DNA of 64,000 nucleotides. It comes from Bacillota bacterium. Lineage in GTDB: Bacteria; Bacillota; UBA4882; UBA8346. The notes below the pieces were generated by a model. The model made no database searches. It saw only the letters and a list, made by a program, of their open reading frames with translations, and had not been told where the DNA came from. This document shows positions 60,288-64,000 of this stretch, in pieces. The stretch spans positions 3,096 through 67,095 of the forward strand of contig JAAYEK010000151.1 of NCBI GenBank assembly GCA_012728785.1, read 5' to 3'. How positions within the stretch are numbered: the first letter of the stretch is position 1; each line of letters opens with the position of its first letter. A program made the translations under genes and the position numbers.

Positions 60288-60794
60288 CTATTTATTTTCC
60301 AACGACTTAAGATCATCGGTATCAAAAGCTATTAGTTTATTAAGATCTAAAATTAAAATTAATCTACCGTTTATTTTAACCATCGTCTTTAAATGCTTTC
60401 GATCATCTTTGGTTATAGTTCCGGAATTTTCATTTAGTTTGGATAACGGAACATTTACCATATCCAAAATACGATCTACCGCCATCCCAAAAATTTTTCC
60501 TTCAGTTTCAGCGATGACAATAACCGTAAATTCGTCGATCTGCAGTGGACTAAGACCGAAGGTTCTCCTTAAGTCCACTACCGGAATTACTTCACCCCGA
60601 AAATTAATCACTCCTAAAATAGGTTCCGGAGCGTTAGGAACTTTGACCGACGGTAAATAGCGAATAATCTCCTTAACTTGAAGAGCATCCACTCCGTATT
60701 CTTCGGTATCTACTAAGAAAGTAATTTGTTGGACCTGTTCCTCATCTTCTTCAGCGCCATTAGGTTGCTTTACAATATCAGTGATATCCATCAA
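60288..60794 (-). CDS. cheW: Second CheW
   Basis: ITFLVDTEEYGVD, GVINFRGEVIPVVDLR. Confidence 0.93.
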   Translation of the reverse strand: MMDITDIVKQPNGAEEDEEQVQQITFLVDTEEYGVDALQVKEIIRYLPSVKVPNAPEPILGVINFRGEVIPVVDLRRTFGLSPLQIDEFTVIVIAETEGKIFGMAVDRILDMVNVPLSKLNENSGTITKDDRKHLKTMVKINGRLILILDLNKLIAFDTDDLKSLENK

Positions 60795-60803
60795 ATTATC
60801 TCC

Positions 60804-62543
60804 TTAAAATTTTTCCCAACTGTCCCCCACAAAATCTTTTTGAACATCAGGGGCTGGTTTTGGTTCAAGAACCGTTGCTTCTTCCGGCAAAACCCTTACC
60901 TTGCCTGTATTAGTGGTCGGAATCTTTTGCGATACTTGAAAACGGTTTACAATACGGTTCAAGTTTCCCGATTCGCTGCTCAACATCATGCTGGAAGCAG
61001 CCATCTCTTCAACCATTGCCGCGTTTTGTTGGGTCACTTGATTAAGTTGGTCGATTGACACTTGAATTTGCTCTCCGGCAGTAGCTTGCTCTCTCATAGT
61101 TGCTGCAACATTAGTGATTTCCATAACGGTTTTATTGGTATTCTCCACAATTTGGTTAAGTAATTCGGCTGATTGCCGCACCAATGAATTACCGCGTCCA
61201 ACCCGTTCCGCGCTTTCTTTGATCAAACTTTCAACTTCTTTCGATAATTCACTGGTCCTTCCCGCCAGATTTCTTACTTCAGTAGCGACTACCGCGAATC
61301 CACGTCCATGGTCCCCGGCGCGGGCCGCTTCCACCGCCGCGTTCAAAGCCAATAAATTAGTCTGGAAAGCAATATCATTAACAACTTTGATGATATCTTC
61401 AATCTTTTGACTGCTGGTAGAGATCTGTTCCATCGCCGTTAATGTTTCCTGGACCGAATCTTTTCCGGCATTAACCGCCTCCAGCGTTGAGAGGGATAAT
61501 TGGTTGGCTTGTTCGGAGTTGGAGGTTGTCAATTGAATCGATGAATTGACCTCCTCAACAGTTGCTGCTACTTCTTCCAGAGTAGCGGCTTGTTCCTGAG
61601 TGCGACGCGACAAATCCTGATTTCCCTTCGCGATCTCCTCCGCTGTTTCTTCAACTTGAGCAGCTGAATAAAGCACTTGAGTAATGATCTCGGCCAGGCT
61701 TTCCCCCATCTTACTTAGTTCCCGGGCCATCTCCCCAATTTCGTCATTACTCTTCACTTTGATTAAACCGGTAAAGTCCCCGGCGGCAATTTGCTTGATG
61801 TTTTTAACCACAGCGTTAATCGGTCTGGAAACTCTCCTGGAGACATAGATGTAAATCAGCATTAAAAACACGAATACTGCTAATCCCCAGATTGATAAAG
61901 TTAAAGGTATTATCTTACCGCGGTTTTGCTCGAAGATTAACCCAATCTTCTTTTGAGCCAGCTCAATATCGGATACATATTCACCTGTCCCAATCGCAAC
62001 TTCCAAGCCCCCGATTTTTAGGGGTGCTATAAATGACATTTTGGGTTCATACTTTTTAGTGTTGGGATTTAACCATGCATAAGTGGCAAAACCTCCACCG
62101 GCTTTTGCGATCGAAATAAATTCCTGTACCGGTTTTTTACCGGTGGGATCCTTGAAATTCAAAAGATTCTTACCTTCATTGGTCTTGTTGTCAGGGGCGA
62201 TTATATGGGTCCCATCATAAAGAAAAACAAAACAATAACCGTTCTTACCATAACGGATATGTCCAAGGTCGCTTCGGAGAAGATTTGGAATGTCCTCTCT
62301 TTCAATAGTTTCTCCTTGATATTTGCCCTGTATGGAACTGATGGTGGATTGGACGATAAACTTCATTCGGTCCTTGACTTCATCATAGATTACCTTACTA
62401 AAGAAACTTTTCGAAGTTTCCCTAACTTGATTCATTGAATAAATATAGCTTACCAATAATGCTCCCATCATCACCAACATCCCGAAAAATATCAAAGCCA
62501 AGAGTTTAACCTTTATACTGCGAGATTTTGTCTTTTTGGACAT
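60804..62543 (-). CDS. Methyl-accepting chemotaxis protein (Cache_2-like sensor, HAMP, C-terminal SWEKF)
   Basis: Two TMs around [49 protein letters not shown]. Confidence 0.95.
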   Translation of the reverse strand: MSKKTKSRSIKVKLLALIFFGMLVMMGALLVSYIYSMNQVRETSKSFFSKVIYDEVKDRMKFIVQSTISSIQGKYQGETIEREDIPNLLRSDLGHIRYGKNGYCFVFLYDGTHIIAPDNKTNEGKNLLNFKDPTGKKPVQEFISIAKAGGGFATYAWLNPNTKKYEPKMSFIAPLKIGGLEVAIGTGEYVSDIELAQKKIGLIFEQNRGKIIPLTLSIWGLAVFVFLMLIYIYVSRRVSRPINAVVKNIKQIAAGDFTGLIKVKSNDEIGEMARELSKMGESLAEIITQVLYSAAQVEETAEEIAKGNQDLSRRTQEQAATLEEVAATVEEVNSSIQLTTSNSEQANQLSLSTLEAVNAGKDSVQETLTAMEQISTSSQKIEDIIKVVNDIAFQTNLLALNAAVEAARAGDHGRGFAVVATEVRNLAGRTSELSKEVESLIKESAERVGRGNSLVRQSAELLNQIVENTNKTVMEITNVAATMREQATAGEQIQVSIDQLNQVTQQNAAMVEEMAASSMMLSSESGNLNRIVNRFQVSQKIPTTNTGKVRVLPEEATVLEPKPAPDVQKDFVGDSWEKF

Positions 62544-62666
62544 TCCAGTTCATCCCTTCCGTGTTCTGTAACTAAATGCCTGATTTTTAAATCAAACCGA
62601 GCCAGTTCCCCTTCTAAATACACCCGAACTAGAATTTAACAGGAATATTAATTGTTCTATCTAATA

Positions 62667-62693
62667 AAATCGACCACTTCCCTCTATTTCTTA
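62667..62693 (-). promoter_or_regulatory. SigD-type promoter of MCP-cheW
   Basis: TAAG-N15-GTCGATTT. Confidence 0.55.
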
Positions 62694-62835
62694 AATGGTT
62701 TTTGCTGTATTTCTAAAACTTTTATAACTTTAAGTCGTCTAAATCATTAAGAAGTATGAGATCCAAAGACAACCGAAAAAAAACAAACGGGTTTTTGACC
62801 CGCTTGATTTTTACAGCTTCTCTTAAAGACAAACC

Positions 62836-63369
62836 TTATTCCCCAATCTGTTTTCTTATTAGATTATCAATTTCATTCTTTTGTTCCGGAATCACCTTGC
62901 ATTTTATTTCCTGGTTGTACTTAATAAAAAGGAAGCGCCTCAAATAATTAAACACGACAATGTTCCCGTCATTTTCCCATTGATAGGATTGCACTTTATT
63001 CCAGCGATAGTATTGGCCTCTATAAAAGATCCCTGAATAACCAATTCCATTTTTTGATTGTATTTGATAGCCCAAATAAATGGTGGTTGAAGCAATTATC
63101 AGGATTAATGGCAAATCTCTAAAATTTGGGAAATGGATCGACAGAAGAATAATCATTATAACCATAATCCCTGTCATAATCATAAAAACCTTTAATTCCT
63201 TAACATTTGAATCAAACATCCGATATGTGATTTCGCCATTTTTTCTTTTCTGGCGTAGGCTTATTAATATATCATGCATAATAAAGCTAATATTCATTAG
63301 CAAAACCATAAAAATAATATTATCGGCCGCCCATATTAGGACGTTTTTCCATCCTTCATTATTATTCAT
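62836..63369 (-). CDS. Membrane protein (DUF5673-like)
   Basis: Three TMs then GIGYSGIFYRGQYYRWNKVQSYQW. Confidence 0.6.
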   Translation of the reverse strand: MNNNEGWKNVLIWAADNIIFMVLLMNISFIMHDILISLRQKRKNGEITYRMFDSNVKELKVFMIMTGIMVIMIILLSIHFPNFRDLPLILIIASTTIYLGYQIQSKNGIGYSGIFYRGQYYRWNKVQSYQWENDGNIVVFNYLRRFLFIKYNQEIKCKVIPEQKNEIDNLIRKQIGE

Positions 63370-64000
63370 TCCTCAACCGATCCTTCCGGCGCGACTACCG
63401 CCAATACATAATGTTTAAAATATTTCCGAGCCACCCGTTGAATATCTTCAGGCGTTACCTTTTCGATTAACTCCGGATAAAGATCAACGTACTTGTATCC
63501 ATATCCCAACAATTCGAAAGCTCCCACAATCTCCCCTTGAACGGCGCTAGTTCCTTGCGACATGGTAACAATCCCTTTACAATACTTTTTAGCTGCTTGA
63601 AGTTCCAATGGCGATACCGGTTCATCGCAGAACTTTTTAAACTCGGCAATTATTCCATCCCGGACCATACTGTAGTTTTCCGGTGCAGTCACCGTTATAC
63701 CAGTAATGGCTGATGGTCCGACCATTGTCTGATAGGAAGAACTAGCATGATAGACAAGGCCTCGTTTGTCTCTTAATTCCGAATAGAGCCGGTTGCTTAA
63801 GGTAACTGCAATAAGATCCATCACCGGCGCGTCTTTACTACGAGCACTAGGCGCGGGATATCCTAAAACCAGATATGCCCCTTGAATGTTTTGTGGTTGA
63901 TGAAAAACAATATCCTTTTCCAATACTGGCATCGGTTGAGATGACTTCTTAGGTAGTCGGCCTTTTTTCATCTTGCCAAAGACGTCTTCAAACTTTTTGA
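63366..64000 (-). CDS. M16 family (insulinase-like) peptidase, C-terminal part; open to the window edge
   Basis: SNRLYSELRDKRGLVY, ELQAAK, IEKVTPEDIQRVARKY. Confidence 0.88.
   Translation of the reverse strand, partial: KKFEDVFGKMKKGRLPKKSSQPMPVLEKDIVFHQPQNIQGAYLVLGYPAPSARSKDAPVMDLIAVTLSNRLYSELRDKRGLVYHASSSYQTMVGPSAITGITVTAPENYSMVRDGIIAEFKKFCDEPVSPLELQAAKKYCKGIVTMSQGTSAVQGEIVGAFELLGYGYKYVDLYPELIEKVTPEDIQRVARKYFKHYVLAVVAPEGSVEE

Noticed and set aside
1..64000. CRISPR array, tRNA, rRNA, intact IS or integrase
   Set aside because: No regularly spaced direct repeats, cloverleaf/rRNA signatures or transposase/integrase ORFs seen

Overview
Chromosomal segment of a motile, endospore-forming Firmicute (Bacillota). 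Almost all genes lie on the minus strand. Read in transcription direction (right to left), the window contains: an M16 peptidase (cut by the window edge); an MCP-cheW pair; RNA-modification genes; rarA, a racemase and iscS-iscU-mnmA; an accessory region (~41.5-50.8 kb); a ~34 kb flagellar/chemotaxis cluster (flgB to sigD/fapA); and then, almost without a gap, divIB-ftsZ-spoIIGA-sigE-(DJ-1/PfpI)-sigG-spoIIR. The most striking element is an orphan contractile-injection/T6SS-like spike cassette at 45.4-50.6 kb. It encodes a VgrG-like spike fused to an M23 peptidase, followed by an exported beta-propeller-like protein. After these comes a DUF4280 (PAAR-like) tip fused to an Amidase_2 domain, split by one in-frame TAA, followed by an exported TPR protein. 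This reads as two peptidoglycan-hydrolase effector/immunity pairs, with no sheath, tube or baseplate genes nearby and a SigH-like promoter upstream. Other oddities include an aldehyde dehydrogenase interrupted by an amber codon, a DUF559 remnant with REP-like repeats, a two-hairpin RNA candidate in front of flgE, domain-multiplied FlgE and FlgD, and an enteric-type (Tar/Tsr-like) MCP ending in a WxxF pentapeptide. All calls come from manual motif recognition; no database searches were run.
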